Part shown: one piece after another, positions 36,572 to 50,297 of the stretch | Position numbering within the stretch: position 1 is the first letter of the stretch | Layout of the letters: each line of letters begins with the position of its first letter | DNA from: Eledone cirrhosa | Taxonomy: Eukaryota | DNA length: 64,000 bases | Direction of reading: 5' to 3' | Assembly (NCBI GenBank): GCA_964016885.1 | Contig: OZ024743.1 | Location: forward strand, 181,660,001 to 181,724,000 | Notes under the pieces: generated by a model | The model's database searches: none | Told to the model about the DNA's origin: nothing | The model's input: only the letters and a program-made list of their open reading frames with translations | Made by a program: the position numbers and the translations under genes

Positions 36572-39500
36572 CAGTCAACGCGATCAGTCGCATATTTTGG
36601 CGTGGGAGACTATTTATTAAATTTAAGATGAATACTATCTCCGACAGTAATGCCACAACTACAGCCAGGTTGAATAATTGGTTATTCTTCTAACTATCCC
36701 TTCTGAAGACACCTTTTATTCGAATTCGTAGAGATATCCGACTAACTACATAATTCATTTTACAAGGATTTGCTACAAACAGCATGGCTGAACACAACAT
36801 CAACAAGAAAATTAAGGAAGTATCGAAGACAAATAACAAAGAAGGTAATCAAACTTTATTCAGTTGTAGCTACAGAAGAAACCGAAATTATAAATCGCAT
36901 TTCTCTTGGAGTTGCGAACTTAATAATGATTTATATAATTGTTATAAAATGGCAAAAAACAATCCCTCCATTGGCTATATGAATAGAATGAAGCTACACT
37001 GGGACGAAATGCACCCAGAGCTAAATTATTTCACAGCGAAACAATTACGCCAACAAGCGACGTTTGTTGAACGTAAAAATAAGATAAATATTATTAATTG
37101 TAAGTCCCCCACAACAAACATGGAATCAACAACACGTGCTACAGATCGCCATGCTACTAGACTTCCTAGCAGCCAGGTCGAACAGCGCCTTGAAACAACT
37201 ATGCCTGTACCATCTAAGTCTACCTCGAATGCTGGGGAAAACACTATCGATAATAATAATAATCGAAGAAATAATAATAATAATCGAATAAATGTGACAC
37301 CACGTATACCATCCGAGTCTACCTCGACTGTTGTGGAAAATACTATCGATAATGATAATCAAAAGTATAAATAATTGAAAATTTCCCTCAACGAAATCTT
37401 CCAGAGAGAAATTAACTCATGTATAAATATCTCTCTTGCTGAACGTGTTAAAATGACAATGGTGAATAAAAAACCAAATAATGAAATACTACGTGTTGTT
37501 GACGAAATAAGGGATGAATATTTACGATGGATAAAAACCCCAACATTTTGGCAAATCAACGCCTGTTTATATGCCTTAGCAACGACAGTGAAGCATTATC
37601 TTGGTGATAGCAGAGATATTAACAAGAACAAAACACCACCAAAAATACCATTATATATAACTAAAATAGAAAAAAAGAGTACTGACCTACGAAAAAACAT
37701 AGGACATGTGGTAATGCTCCTTACATGCAAACAAACACAAAAAAACCTCATTCCTCACCAAAAAAGAGTGAAAAATAAAATAGAGACTATGTTTGGTAAC
37801 AGTAGAACCAGAACTCTCCAATATAAGCTGATCACCCTCAAACAAGAATTGAGAGCTCTTAGCGAAAAACGCCGATACCTGAAGAAAAATGCTTAATAAA
37901 AGATTCAGACGAAACCAAACATCAGTCTATAGAGATATGAAGGGCAAAATAATAAGTGTCACTGAGGCCCCATCCCAGAAAGACATAGATTCCTTTTGGA
38001 GAAAAATATGGGGTGAAAAGAAGAATTTCAACCAAGATGCAGTGTGGCTAAGAGAAATCCGAAAGAACTATTGCTCCTACACTACAACAAAAATATACGA
38101 AATAAGTGAGGGTACCCTTGAGACTGTGATAGGAAAACTCCAAGATAAGAAAACACGAGGAAGAGACATTGTCGGCTACTGGTACAAAAAACTAATATTC
38201 TATCGGAGGTATCTTACTGACCTCTACCAACAAGTTCTTAAGGGAGATACACTTATACCAGAATGGTTGACATTAGCACAAACATTACTGGTCCCTAAGA
38301 ACAAAGACACCCACTTGGCAAAAAACTACCGACCCATTGCATGCCAGAACCTCATGTATAAGATGTATACAGCCTGCCTCAACCTATTCCTCCAAGATCA
38401 CTGTGAAAATAATAACATCATCACAGATGAACAAGCAGCTGAAAAGAAATCAGAGAGGTTTGGGGATGTGCTGAACAACTCCTAATCAACAAAACTGCGA
38501 TGTCGGAGGTGCGACAACTTAGGAGGAATATGACTACAGTCTGGCTGGACTACAAGAAAGCTTTCGATTCTGTTCCCCACTCTTGGATGATAGAGGCCCT
38601 CCAACTTGCTAAAGTCCCAGACATTATTGTCAGAGCCATAGAGAGGCTGTCATCTTCTTGGGCTACTATCCTAAGGTTAAAGACAGAGAGGGAGGACTCT
38701 ATTTTCACTGATAAGATAAAATATTGCAGGGGTATATTTCAGGGGGACAGTCTCTCTGTGATATTGTTCATCTTGTCATTAAACCCATTGTCCTTTCTGC
38801 TCAAGAAATGTGAGGGATACATCATTGGCTCACAGGAGGACAGAAATACGAACCTAACCCATAACTTCTTTGTGGACGATCTGAAACTCTATGCCAAGAA
38901 CATGGATGGGATGAAGAAAAATCTTGACCTGGTTACAACGTTCTCAAAGGATATAGGAATGGAGTCTGGCCAAGATAAATGCTCATACATGACTGTAAAG
39001 CGGGGAAAAACAATAACCCAATCTAGCAACATTATCATCAATGGTCTAACTGTTTCACCGATATCTGATGAGGACTGCTACAGATACCTGGTGATAGATG
39101 AGAACATATCCTAAATGGTATCTGTAATAAAGAACGCGTAACCAGGGAATACTACACCCGATTAAGAAAGATCTGGTCATCGGAACTCTCTGCGCAAAAC
39201 AAAACAGTGGCTCACAATGTGTTTGCTGTGCCTGTCCTAACACTAACGTTTGGAATGCTCAATTGGACGATAGACGAAATCCGAGCAGTTGATGTTGGAA
39301 CTCGAAAAATACTGAACAACACCGGAAACTTCCACATCAACAGTGACATAGACCGCCTTTACTTGAAACGTAATCAGGGAGGCAGAGGCATAACATCAGT
39401 CCAGACAACATTTGAATGTCGCATCATATCTCTCCGACAACATCTACGAACCTCGAAGCGTAGGAGCCCGCTTCTCGAGCAAGTCTATCTGCATGAAACA

Positions 39501-40641
39501 GATAAGATCATGAGAGTTGGGAAGGAACTCCTTGAGAGATATTCCCTGTGTGATAATCAAAAACTCACACCCAGGGATGTCGCTCAGCAGTATCGCAGTG
39601 AATCCATGGATGAAAAACTGCATGCCTATCAAAAAATCATGCATGGATATGTTGCCAGGAAGCTCCAGAGTGAGAGTAATATAGATAAGGAAAGTAGTCT
39701 ATCTTGGACCAACAACCGCTATATTGGCTCCCACTTTGAAGGATTCGCTTTTGCAATCGAAGAACAGGAGTTTAGCACGAAATACCTGATTCACAAAAGA
39801 GATAGGGATGCAGGCAAAACACCTACAACTAACATCGAGGATATCACCCATGTCATCAGCAGCTGCCCAAAGATGTCATCGCGCTACTATCTACCTATGA
39901 GGCATGATGTAGTGGCCAAAACACTGTACAATGCAGTTCGTAAAAAAGATAGCCCCGATAACAAACACATTAAAAGCTACAACAATGTGGAAGACATCCA
40001 TGTACATAATATGAAAGAGTACTGGTGGAATGTTCCAGTAAAAACCCCAATAAAATGCAGGCATAACAGACCAGATATTATGATATGGGACAGGGAAAAG
40101 AAAACATGCACAGTAGTGGAAATTAGCTGCCCAGCAGATGCCAATATAATATCAAAGATTAGTGAAAAGGAGAATAGTTATGCAGAACTGATGAGAAATC
40201 TGCAGATACTCCACCCTGATTACACCTTCAGATTTATGCCTGTGATTATTGGGGCACTGGGATATGTTAGTAACTGCCTCAATACAAATCTTGAGAAGCT
40301 AGGCTTCACAGACACAGAAAGAACACAACTAGTTAGGAAATTACAAGTACAATCCATTAATGGACCAGTAAAAATATGTAAAACATTCCAAAATTTTTGC
40401 ATCTAATAACTGCATATACACATGTACAGATACAAAGCATATACACATGCACACATACAACTCAAAACATACACATCCACACATACAATAACATCCATAT
40501 CTACACAGCATGCATGCAGACATACATACATATCTACCTAGTTGATGTTGTGTAAATTCCAATGAGAGAGTCTTGTGTCTATGTTAGAAACCGACTCTCT
40601 CTCTATTGGTAAAACTTTGTGAAATTATAAAACTAGAAGAA
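36572..40641 (+). mobile_element. R4/Dong-clade LINE (RT + restriction-like endonuclease), near full length, frameshifted
   Basis: N-terminal W..ELN..LY.CY..GYM.RM..W motif; NYRPIAC, WLDYKKAFDSVPH, GIFQGDSLS, FFVDDLKLY; RHD, NRPDI, VEISCP, KENSY; (CATA)n flanks. Confidence 0.92.
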
Positions 40642-40654
40642 CATACATACATAC

Positions 40655-40875
40655 GGGTTATATACCAACCCGTTTGGACCAAAGTATGACTGAAATTGGA
40701 TTTGCGGACAAAGAACGCAGCTCCCTAATTCATAGTCTACAAATGGCTGCGATAGCTGGCACCTTCAAAATTTGCAAAACATTCTTGCGATTCAAGGAAT
40801 GAGAATTTCTTTTCTTTTACAACCTTGCCACCAGGAAGGTGGCCGGTCAAAAAATATACTCGAAATTAAGAGAGA

Positions 40876-40878
<3 letters not shown>
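40655..40878 (+). mobile_element. Second R4/Dong-like 3' fragment (different subfamily)
   Basis: GYIPTRLDQSMTEIGFADKERSSLIHSLQMAAIAGTFKICKTF* parallels GYVSNCL..GPVKICKTF of the upstream element; (CATA)n on both sides. Confidence 0.75.
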
Positions 40879-40906
<28 letters not shown>

Positions 40907-41140
40907 CATACATACATACATACATACATACATACATACATACATAGATGTGTGTGTGTGTTATGTCAAAATCTGAGCACACACGACAAGAACTGACACT
41001 GGAAAAACGGAATAAAATAGACAAATAAACTCGTCCCACAGTCCACTGGGGATCACTATGTTTTCAATGCATTAAGGGACAATCTATGATATAGGGATAT
41101 GTCTTTTCACTTCATGTTTCCAGTGCATGTCCTCGTGGGT

Positions 41141-41211
<71 letters not shown>

Positions 41212-41406
41212 TATATATAAATATATATATATATAATTAATACGATAGCCCTCCGTCGTTGTGATCGCATCGAGACCCGACAGTACTTACAATACTATAA
41301 AACTAAAGCCACCCAGCTTCAAAATACAAATACTCAGTTACGAAAACAAATACCCTTTAACACATAAAACAATGCCACAACAACCAAAATCCTCAACCAA
41401 CTACAT

Positions 41407-41463
<57 letters not shown>

Positions 41464-41589
41464 CCCCTCTCTCTCTCAGTATCTCTCAATCTCTGTCTGC
41501 TTCTGTCTCTATATATATATATACACAAACACACATAAATATACTCACATATAGACATATATATATACATACTCACACACAGACAGATA

Positions 41590-41654
<65 letters not shown>

Positions 41655-42269
41655 TACATACATACATACATACATACATACATACATACATACATACATA
41701 CATACATACATACACTATGTGTGTGTGCGCCCATTGAGGTTGAAAAAAATATTCTTGGAAAGATGTCATGCTTAGGGATATTTTTGTATTGCTTTAATAT
41801 TTATATTTATTTGTTTATTTTCATCTTGTGCGCTAACCTTTTTTATTGCGAAGTACCGGATGTTTCCCTGATTAGACAGGATGTTGTGTTTGCTTTGTTG
41901 TCTTTAATTTCTTATTTTTCATTCTTTCTGTATTTCGTTCTTACTGACAACCCACGCCTTCTCAAAGGGAACACCATGAGAATTGTAAAACAAGACCAAC
42001 AGAATGTTTCTTTACCAAGATTTGGGTTAAGTAATGCTGCCAAACCAACAGAAAATTGGAAGCGACTATATTTTCTTATTTAACTATATTTTCTTATTTA
42101 ACTATATTTTATTATTTAACTATCTACATGTTGTTTATTTCCTTTTTCACTTCCCTTTCTTCCTAGATTTTTTTTTTCTTTTCTTCATCTTCGTTTTCTT
42201 CTGGCAGAATCGGATGAGCTCCGGAAAAATGATTGGTGATACACAGTTACTTCTCTTTATGTCTTCTTC

Positions 42270-42620
42270 GTCTTCTTCTTCTTCTTCTTCTTCTTCTTCT
42301 TCTTCTTCTTCTTCTTCTTCTTCTTCTTCTTGAGAGGGTCGTGAAGGAATAGTCCTCAAACTCTCATTCCAACAGGTCCTGTCAGAAGCAACAGTCTCCA
42401 ATTGATCCAGCTGGATCCCCAAGCGAGACCAGCCAAGCTCATGGATGTTATCCAACCATCTTGCCCGTGGTCTACCCCTAGGTCGCCTGCCGGTTGGTTT
42501 TGTCCGTAAAATCTGACCAGCGATTCTTTCATGCACATAGTATGAGAGCTGTGATCTCTCAATTCGGAGAAGTAGAGACTCTATGTGGTGTGACTCTCTG
42601 ATCTCCGATCTACACACTTA
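42270..42620 (-). mobile_element. RTE-like LINE 3' end with (GAA)n tail
   Basis: LLLRIERSQL..GRRPRGRPRARW.. followed by (GAA)n. Confidence 0.85.
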
Positions 42621-43696
42621 ATCAAGTAACGTTACCCCAGAGAGCCTTCGAAGGAACCCCATTCCATCTGCTTGTTAAACATTTAAATGCCCAGTCAACC
42701 TGAAGGCCACCCGTGCTAATAAGGGAACTTTTTACATGATTACTCCACTTGCTAGAAATAACAGCTTATTCTCCATCATCTTATTGTGTTATAAAGAGGG
42801 GTGCATTCATTGAATAATGTTATCGTTAGTACATCTAAACATATGGGATGGTCACGACTGGAAAGTTTTTGCTTATGTCTGCTCGATCAGGGTTAACCGG
42901 GCACTAAACGACATCAATGCGTTTAAGAATAAATGGTTATGTAAGTTAGAGGGGGGAGCAAACTGAATTAAAAACATACGGTTTCATCAAGGGGGCAAAA
43001 TGTTGGGATTATTGTTTAATATATTTCTTCTTCTTCTTTTTCTTTTTCTTTTTCTTTTTTTTTTCTTTTTCTTTTTCTTTTTTCTCTTTTCTTTTTCTTT
43101 TTCTTCTTGTACTTCTTTTTCTTCTTATTCTTCTCCTCCTTCTTCTTCTTATACTTCTTGGGAGAGAGGATGGAGGTGGACAGAGTTTTCTTCTTCTTAG
43201 GTCCTCTAACTCTTAATGGGGTCGTAGGGGTGCAATATTGACACATGGCGTTTCTGGGGCATTGTTATGCCTGGCGAAGCGCATCTGCTCTCTAGATCTG
43301 AATATAGAAGATTACTTCCAGAGAAAAATAGAGAAAGGGGGAACAAAAATGAGAAAGAGATATAAGCGGAAAAAAGCGACCCAGTACTAAACTGGTTCTT
43401 TTTTTATTGACTTCGAATAAATGAAAAGTAAAATTGACCTCGGCAGGATTTGAACTCAGAGAATAGAGAGCCAGAACCAATAGCACAAAACATTCTATCC
43501 GACGTTCTAACGGCTCTCAACCTTCAACAATTTTATTATGACCGAGCAAATATTTTATCGAAGGCGTTCCTGTTGTGACCACCGATCGCTTCTTTTTTAT
43601 ATCGACATTGTCCAATAGTATTTTTTTTTATTTGCCACAAGGGTATAGGATGAAGGGGACATTACAGTAAGAGTACATCGAAATAAGAAAATTTAT

Positions 43697-43885
43697 AATT
43701 GTTTCTACTTTTGGTACAAGGCCAGCAATTACTGTGCATTACTGGTGCTTTATTTTATCACACTGTAAGGATGAAAGGCAAAGTTAACCTCGGCAGGATT
43801 TGAACTCAGACAGTAAAGATGCGTAACTCTATGCTGCAAAGCATGGCGTCTGACCTTCTACCGATACTACCAATCCGCCTAATAA
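43697..43885 (-). mobile_element. tRNA-derived SINE
   Basis: Full reverse-complement copy. Confidence 0.88.
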
Positions 43886-43900
43886 TAACGTAGACACATA

Positions 43901-44240
43901 GTGAAGACGCATGGCTTAGTAGTTAGAGCGTTGGACGTACAATTGAGAGGTTGTGAGATCAATTTTCGAACTGGGTGATGCGGTGTATCCTTGAGCAAGA
44001 CACTTTATTTCACGTTGCTCCAGTTTACTCAGCTGTAGAAATGAGTTGCAACCTCACTGGTGTCAAGCTCTATCGGCCATTGTCTTTCCTTTGGACAAAA
44101 TTGGTGGCGTGGAGAGGGGAGACTGGTATGCATGGGTGACTGTTGGTCTGCCACAAACAATCCTTGCACAGACATGTGTCTTGGAGGGAAACTTTCTATC
44201 TGTAAAACCATGGTCATTAGTGACTGATGGTGGCGTTAAA
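43901..44240 (+). mobile_element. CORE-like SINE, tail type 2
   Basis: gaagacgcatggcttagtagttag head; tatccttgagcaagacactttatttcacgttgctccag. Confidence 0.8.
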
Positions 44241-44275
44241 AATATGTATACGGCATTGTACAGAAAGCTGAATAC

Positions 44276-44601
44276 TCAAAACTGGCACTCCGTCGGTTAC
44301 GGCAACGAGTGTTCAAGTTAATCCGATAAACAGAAAAGCCTGCTCGTGAAATTAACATGCAAGTGGCTGATAATTTCACATGGGTACCCTTAACGTAATT
44401 CTCAGGGAGATTCAGTATGGCATAGAATGTGACACGGCTGGCCCTTCGAATTACAGGAACAACTCACTTTTTGACAGCTGAGAGGACTGGAGCAACGTGA
44501 AATAAAGTTCCTTGCTAGGTCACGACGCGTCGCTGTGAATCGAACCCACGACCTTACAATTGTGATCCGAATAGCCTAACCACAAAGGTACGTGCCTTCA
44601 C
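44276..44601 (-). mobile_element. CORE-like SINE, tail type 1, with 17-bp TSD
   Basis: tacagaaagctgaatac at 44259-44275 and 44602-44618. Confidence 0.88.
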
Positions 44602-45087
44602 TACAGAAAGCTGAATACCTAAGGCTAATTAAGGAACCCCATAGATCTACAATCATCCTGAACAACTATCATTGCCCAACCTAAAGGCACAAACTGAAAG
44701 TTAGCTTCATTCAGTCTAAATTATTATTTGGCAAATAACTTGATCTGAGATCGTGTGTTGAAACGGAAGCAATTATAAAATGGAGGAGTAATTTTAGCCA
44801 GCGAAAATCGTTTGTTTTTTTTTTGGGGGGGGGGGGGGTATTTTTTTGTTTCTTTTTGTTTCGTTTTTACTTTTCATTTGTGATTATAACAAATTTTATG
44901 TTGAGAGAGGACTAAAATGGTTCCAGCATGATGTAACTGTAAGATAGGTCAGATATAATTGGAACTCCTGTCATCATTATGAATACGGATTAAGGATGAT
45001 CTTATTCATCATTCTTAATGAACAAAGGAATTCCGCCCCTCATGAATGACCTATCAATGTAGTCTTCATTATTTAAGATAACGACAA

Positions 45088-45485
45088 GGGTGGTAGATTA
45101 GTAGTAATCGGTAGAGCGTCGGTCAATATGCTTTGTGCCATAGAGTTTCAGTCCTTTACATTCTAAGTTCAAATCCCGCCGAGGTTAGCTTTGCCTTTCA
45201 TCCTTACTTGGTCTATAAAATAAAGTACTGGGGAAGATTTAGTCGACTTTCTCCTCCCTTAAAATTGCTGACCTTGTGCCTAAATCAGAAACCATTATTT
45301 AAGATGGTGACGGTAGTTAGTATGGCAGATGAAATACATGGCCCTCCATATTCTGGTTTATAAATCTCACCGAGATGAGCTTTGTAGTCGATTAAATTAA
45401 ACAACCAGTAAAGTACTAGGGTCGGGGTAATTGATATGCCCGTACTTTCAAAATTGTTGGCCTTGTACTTAAAATAGAAACCATT
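45088..45485 (+). mobile_element. Two tRNA-derived SINE copies
   Basis: Same head, core and tail as 22158-22348; the second copy is degenerate. Confidence 0.75.
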
Positions 45486-45559
45486 AAGACGGCAGGGTGG
45501 GTTTTTGCTATTTTTTTCTCCCAGATAGAACAGCTATGCAGAAGGTCCCTTATAACTTC

Positions 45560-46000
45560 GAGTTATTGCTAGAGAAAGAATTGCTAGAGAATGAACTACT
45601 AGTGAAAGAATTGCTAGAGAATATATTGCTAGAGAATAAATTGCTAATGAAGGAGGTGCTAGAGAATTGCTAGAAAAAGATAGATCAAGAATGAATAAAG
45701 AAATGTTTATTCTTCATTGCTGTTTTTATTGACGTTTATTTTCTTTGTTTTGTTTTTTTTTCTAATCTTTTCTTGTGAAAATAAAGAGAATAAATTGTTA
45801 GTGAAGGAGTTGCTAGAGAATTGCTAGTGAAGGAGTTGCTAGAGAATTGCTAGAGAATACATTGCTAGTGAAGGAGTTGCTAGAGAATTGCTTGAGAAAG
45901 ATAGGTCAAGAGTGAGTAAAGAAATGTTTATTCTTCATTGTTGTTTTTATTGCCGTTTATTTTCTTTGTTTTTTTTTTCTTTTCTTTTCTTGTGAAAATT
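45560..46000. repeat. Degenerate ttgctag(ag/tg)a tandem repeat with a duplicated ~150 bp block
   Basis: ~14 ttgctag-type units; 45630-45780 duplicated at 45855-46000. Confidence 0.8.
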
Positions 46001-46267
46001 TCTCGTTTTATTGTCTAAATTCTTCGTTTAGCGTTGTAGCGAGTTCCTCGTAGAAGGAAATAGACACGGCAGGAGGTGGATAGTTAACTAGCAGGATGGG
46101 TGGAACAACAAAAGAGGGGAGAAGACAAGATAGAAGGGTATGAGATGAATTGGTAGCAAAATATTACCGCTTCAATCTTGACTTCGTTAAGATTAAATGC
46201 GTTGAAGAAAGAGGGAAAGCGGAAATCTTTGCTGCTACACTATCCCCTTCCTCTGTCTGTTTGTTTA

Positions 46268-46310
<43 letters not shown>

Positions 46311-46362
46311 CTTTCTCTCTCTCTTTATCTCTCTCATACACACACACACAGGCATACACACA

Positions 46363-46411
<49 letters not shown>

Positions 46412-46639
46412 GTGTGTGTGTGTGTGTTTGCACAACAAACAAGCGGGCAACTACAACCAAATGTTGTTTCCTGTTTCCTTTTCAGTTTTCATTCTGATAT
46501 TTTTTATTGTTTTTCTATTTTCTTTGTTTTTTATTTTGTTTTCTCATTCTCCATTTCATGATATTGTCTTCTTCTTCTTGCCGTGTTGTTTTTCAACCGC
46601 CATTTTATTGCTTCTAATCAGTTTAAGAATATAATTTTA

Positions 46640-46765
46640 TTTAATTGTTTCTACTTTAGGCACCAGGCCAGCAATTAACCAGTGCATTACTGGTACTTTA
46701 TTTTATCGACCCCGTAAGGATGAAAGGCAAAGTCAACCTCGGCGGGATTTGAACTCAGATCGTAT
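46640..46765 (-). mobile_element. 5'-truncated tRNA-derived SINE
   Basis: Core and tail match. Confidence 0.85.
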
Positions 46766-48844
46766 TTAATGATAGCAGTTTCTTTTACATAAGGTTTCAT
46801 CTACAAGGTGGTAATAACATTGACACGGAGAAAACAGCCAGTGACACCCACTGCATCAGCCATTCCACCTCATGGGGGAGGGGGCGTCCTTTCATCGGGT
46901 GGAATCAACTCCTCCTTATTTTACGAGGGAAAACAGCAATCTGAGGACCGTGGACACCGGGGAACATGACAGCGACTGACACGAAAAGGAAAGTGTCTGA
47001 TAAGTCCCAATAATTAGATATCCCTTCTACTTTACGGGTGCCGGTGCCTTGGTTTGTATTGATTGATAATTTTATATTGGTTGATAATGTTGTATTTGGT
47101 TGATAATGTTATATTTGGTTAATAACGTTGTATTGGTTGATAATGTTGCACTGTTATATTTTAATATTTCTTTGATTGAGTCAAATGTCCTCTACTTGTT
47201 TACTGTGTTTTCTTATCTAGAGCAGAAACCCTGACCAGTGCGTTTCTCAGTGTTCATAGCTTATCACTTTGTAAAGTTGTCACCAACAAAGACTAGCATT
47301 CTTCTACAACATCAACAGCCACAGCAACCATAACGGCCACGGCAGTTACAAAATTAACAATAATTTTCTTTATTTGATTCGGGAGTTTCGGCTTTCACTG
47401 AATTGTAAATATTTCTTCTTTACTAAAGTCTGCTTTGAACAAATCAACAGTTCACAGTAAGTTGTGTGTCTGATTCTTGACAAGAAACTTTGCAAAAAAA
47501 AAAGCGATTTTCACCTCATACAATACAAGGCTCACCTTTGTAAATGTCTTCGGTGTTGCCTTTTTTTTCGAGGCGCTGTTTTAATTTAACTTTTTTTTAA
47601 TTTTAACTGCTATTTGAAGTCAGACGTTGCTTAAAGACTGTGTCTTTGTAGTAAGACAAGATTTTCTCTAGATGTTTATACAGTATCACCTAGTTATAGT
47701 TGATGGAAATTAAAAACGCAACCGATTCTTTTTCCTCTTATTTTATTAATATTTTCTTTGGTTTTCGTTTGAAAGTCATTTCTCATCCGTTCCGCGTTGA
47801 AGATTAATATGAATACATGAATTTAGCAAAAATCATTTCTTGTACAAAAATACGATGTTAAAAACAGATATACTGTTTAAAATAGATTATATATAAAAGT
47901 AATTATAACTTTATAACTTCAAGAAATATGTATATTATTTATTCATCAATAATTTCGTCCAAAATGTTGTTGAAATTTGAATTGAGCTATTCATTTGGTA
48001 ATCTTATCGAGATAGAATCGAAACTTTTCAAGTGAATAAGGTGTCAAAATGTCTGTGCTTCGTATCCCAGAAACGATAAGAATCATCTCAGTCTGTAAGC
48101 AATTAAAGTGGACAAGTGTTGACATAGAATGGCAGAATGGTGAAGAAGAATGCTTCGCAATCATTAGGTCCCAAGCTCGATCCCAGTGTGTATAATCCTA
48201 GGTAGCTGTTATTTACTATAGCCTCAAGTTGATCTGTGCTTTATAAATGAAATTGAGGAGCCAGAAACTGTTTAGAATAACTACACTCGTAAGTCAAAGA
48301 GGCGGCCACGTCGCAGATTGCGTCATGCCGAATTTCCCTGAAGATTACGTTAAGGCTACACGTGTCTGTGGAATGCTCAGCCACTTACACTACAATTTTA
48401 TGAACAGGCTGTTCCGTTGATCAGCCGACTGGAACATTCGCCAGTGGAACCGATGGAGGTTCAACAACAACAACAGTCAGCTTTGTACCCAACAAACAAT
48501 AAATCTTCTCAGTGTATCAAATAGTTAAATCGACAAATCTTTCTCTTACGAATTTAACTACTGCCATTTAGTAGAGTTTTAGAGAGTGGTCGGTTCCATT
48601 TAATCAAGCTAACTTAAACCTAAAGACTATCTATCACTTCTTATAATCCAATAGCACAATATATATATATACAGCAAATATATATATATATATAATAGAA
48701 ATAAGATTTCGCTTCAAGTATAACGTTATACAAATATGTATAGAAAATTCGTATTTCTAAAGAAACATGGTATTAGGAAGCCGTAGCTATGCAAACACCG
48801 GGGCTAACGCTCTCTGGTGGTGTCCAGCAGAAGCAAGGGGGACA

Positions 48845-48888
48845 ACCGTCTATGCATTTCAGGCTTGACTGGCCTTCTTCAGGACGGT
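48845..48888 (-). ncRNA. Minimal type I hammerhead ribozyme
   Basis: accgtc-CTGAAGA-aggc cagtcaa gcct-GAAA tgca TA-gacggt: perfect stems I and II, palindromic minimal stem III. Confidence 0.8.
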
Positions 48889-49033
48889 CCCTCCCACCGC
48901 TTGCAACTGCTGGACTTGAAAACAGTCGAGAATATATAGTTTTCTCGTCTGTGTAAATGAGGTGATTAATCTCATTTGCATATGAAGCTGCATAAGTTGG
49001 CTCGACTGATTTCAAGTCCAGCAGTTGCAAGCG

Positions 49034-49132
49034 TAGTAGAGTGGGTAATAGGAAACGAGTCAGGACCCCGACGGCTGAGCTCCGGCCGCTTCGAAACGGC
49101 CGATGCTCAGCCGTCGGGGTCCTGACTCTTTT

Positions 49133-49135
<3 letters not shown>
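49034..49135. mobile_element. Fold-back mini-element, family A copy 4
   Basis: Arms 49050-49135 with a short tail remnant; ends in (TA)n. Confidence 0.75.
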
Positions 49136-49167
<32 letters not shown>

Positions 49168-49722
49168 TCGACGGACTTTCTGCTGACCAAATTTCACTTT
49201 TAAGGAACTGATCAGCCTCGAGGTTATAGCAGGGACATGACTAGGTGCAGAGTTGGTGATCTGTAAAAGCCCAACTGAAGGGCCACTCTATTTCGTCTGG
49301 CCTGAATACTGATTATTCTATATATGAATAAATAGATAGAAAGTGAGAGAGGGGGAAAAGGAGATTAAGCAAAGCTGAAAGTTGTTTGTTATCACTATGA
49401 CTCATACCTCACACGGCCTTCAAAATAAATATGCAAGGTTGTTTAGAATGCAGTTTGTATGATTGTGTGATTCTATGAATGTATATATTTATGTATGCTT
49501 CTGTAACTATACGTATTTATGTATGTATGTACGAATGTATGTATATATGTGTGTGTGTGTGTGTGTGTATGTACGTATGCGTGTATTTATGTATGTAAGT
49601 ATATTTACCTGCATGTATACATAAATATACATAAATATATATACAAGTTGATGCGCAAGCACACACACACACACACAAACACACATACACACATATATAT
49701 ATATATTATATATGCATACATA

Positions 49723-49990
49723 TGGAGGCGCATGGCCTTGTGATAAGGGTTTTGGACTTATGATCATAATGTCGTGGGTTTGATTCCTGGGCTGGGTTGT
49801 GTGTTGTGTTCTTGAGCAAAACAGTTCATTTTATGTTGCTCAAGTATACTCAGCTGGGGGTTTAACCCTGCGATGGACTGGCGTCCTATCCAGCGGAGAG
49901 TCTTGTACTCTCAGTCACTTCACCCAACGAAACCGAGATAAACACCGACCTGATGAGCCTCCTGTCTTGAGACAGACGTTAAACGTAGAC
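49723..49990 (+). mobile_element. CORE-like SINE, tail type 3
   Basis: ggaggcgcatggccttgtg head; tgtgttcttgagcaaaac; ccctgcgatggactggcgtcc tail. Confidence 0.75.
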
Positions 49991-50104
49991 ATACATACAT
50001 ATCAGTGATGTGTTGTGCAAAATGTGTATTTGAGGAGCCGTAATTTCACATAGTTCTATTACCACCTCTTTCACAAAAGATTATAATGTTATTATTCAAC
50101 TAGT

Positions 50105-50297
50105 ATATGACGTCGGACAACATGTTTTGCAGCATATGGTTACGTTGCTTTAAGTTCTAAGTTAAAATTCCGCCGAGGTTACTTTTGCCTTACGGAGTCG
50201 ATACAATAAAGCACCAGTATTACACTGGGGTCGATTTAATCGTCTTTCCCCCCCCCCCCCTCCAAAAATGTTTGGCCTTGTGCCTAAATCAGAAACC
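50105..50297 (+). mobile_element. 5'-truncated SINE with 14-bp TSD
   Basis: attattcaactagt at 50091-50104 and 50298-50311. Confidence 0.8.

Noticed and set aside
49925-49960. GAAAC...CTGATGAG as a hammerhead
   Set aside because: Lies in a SINE tail; stems I and III cannot be formed convincingly
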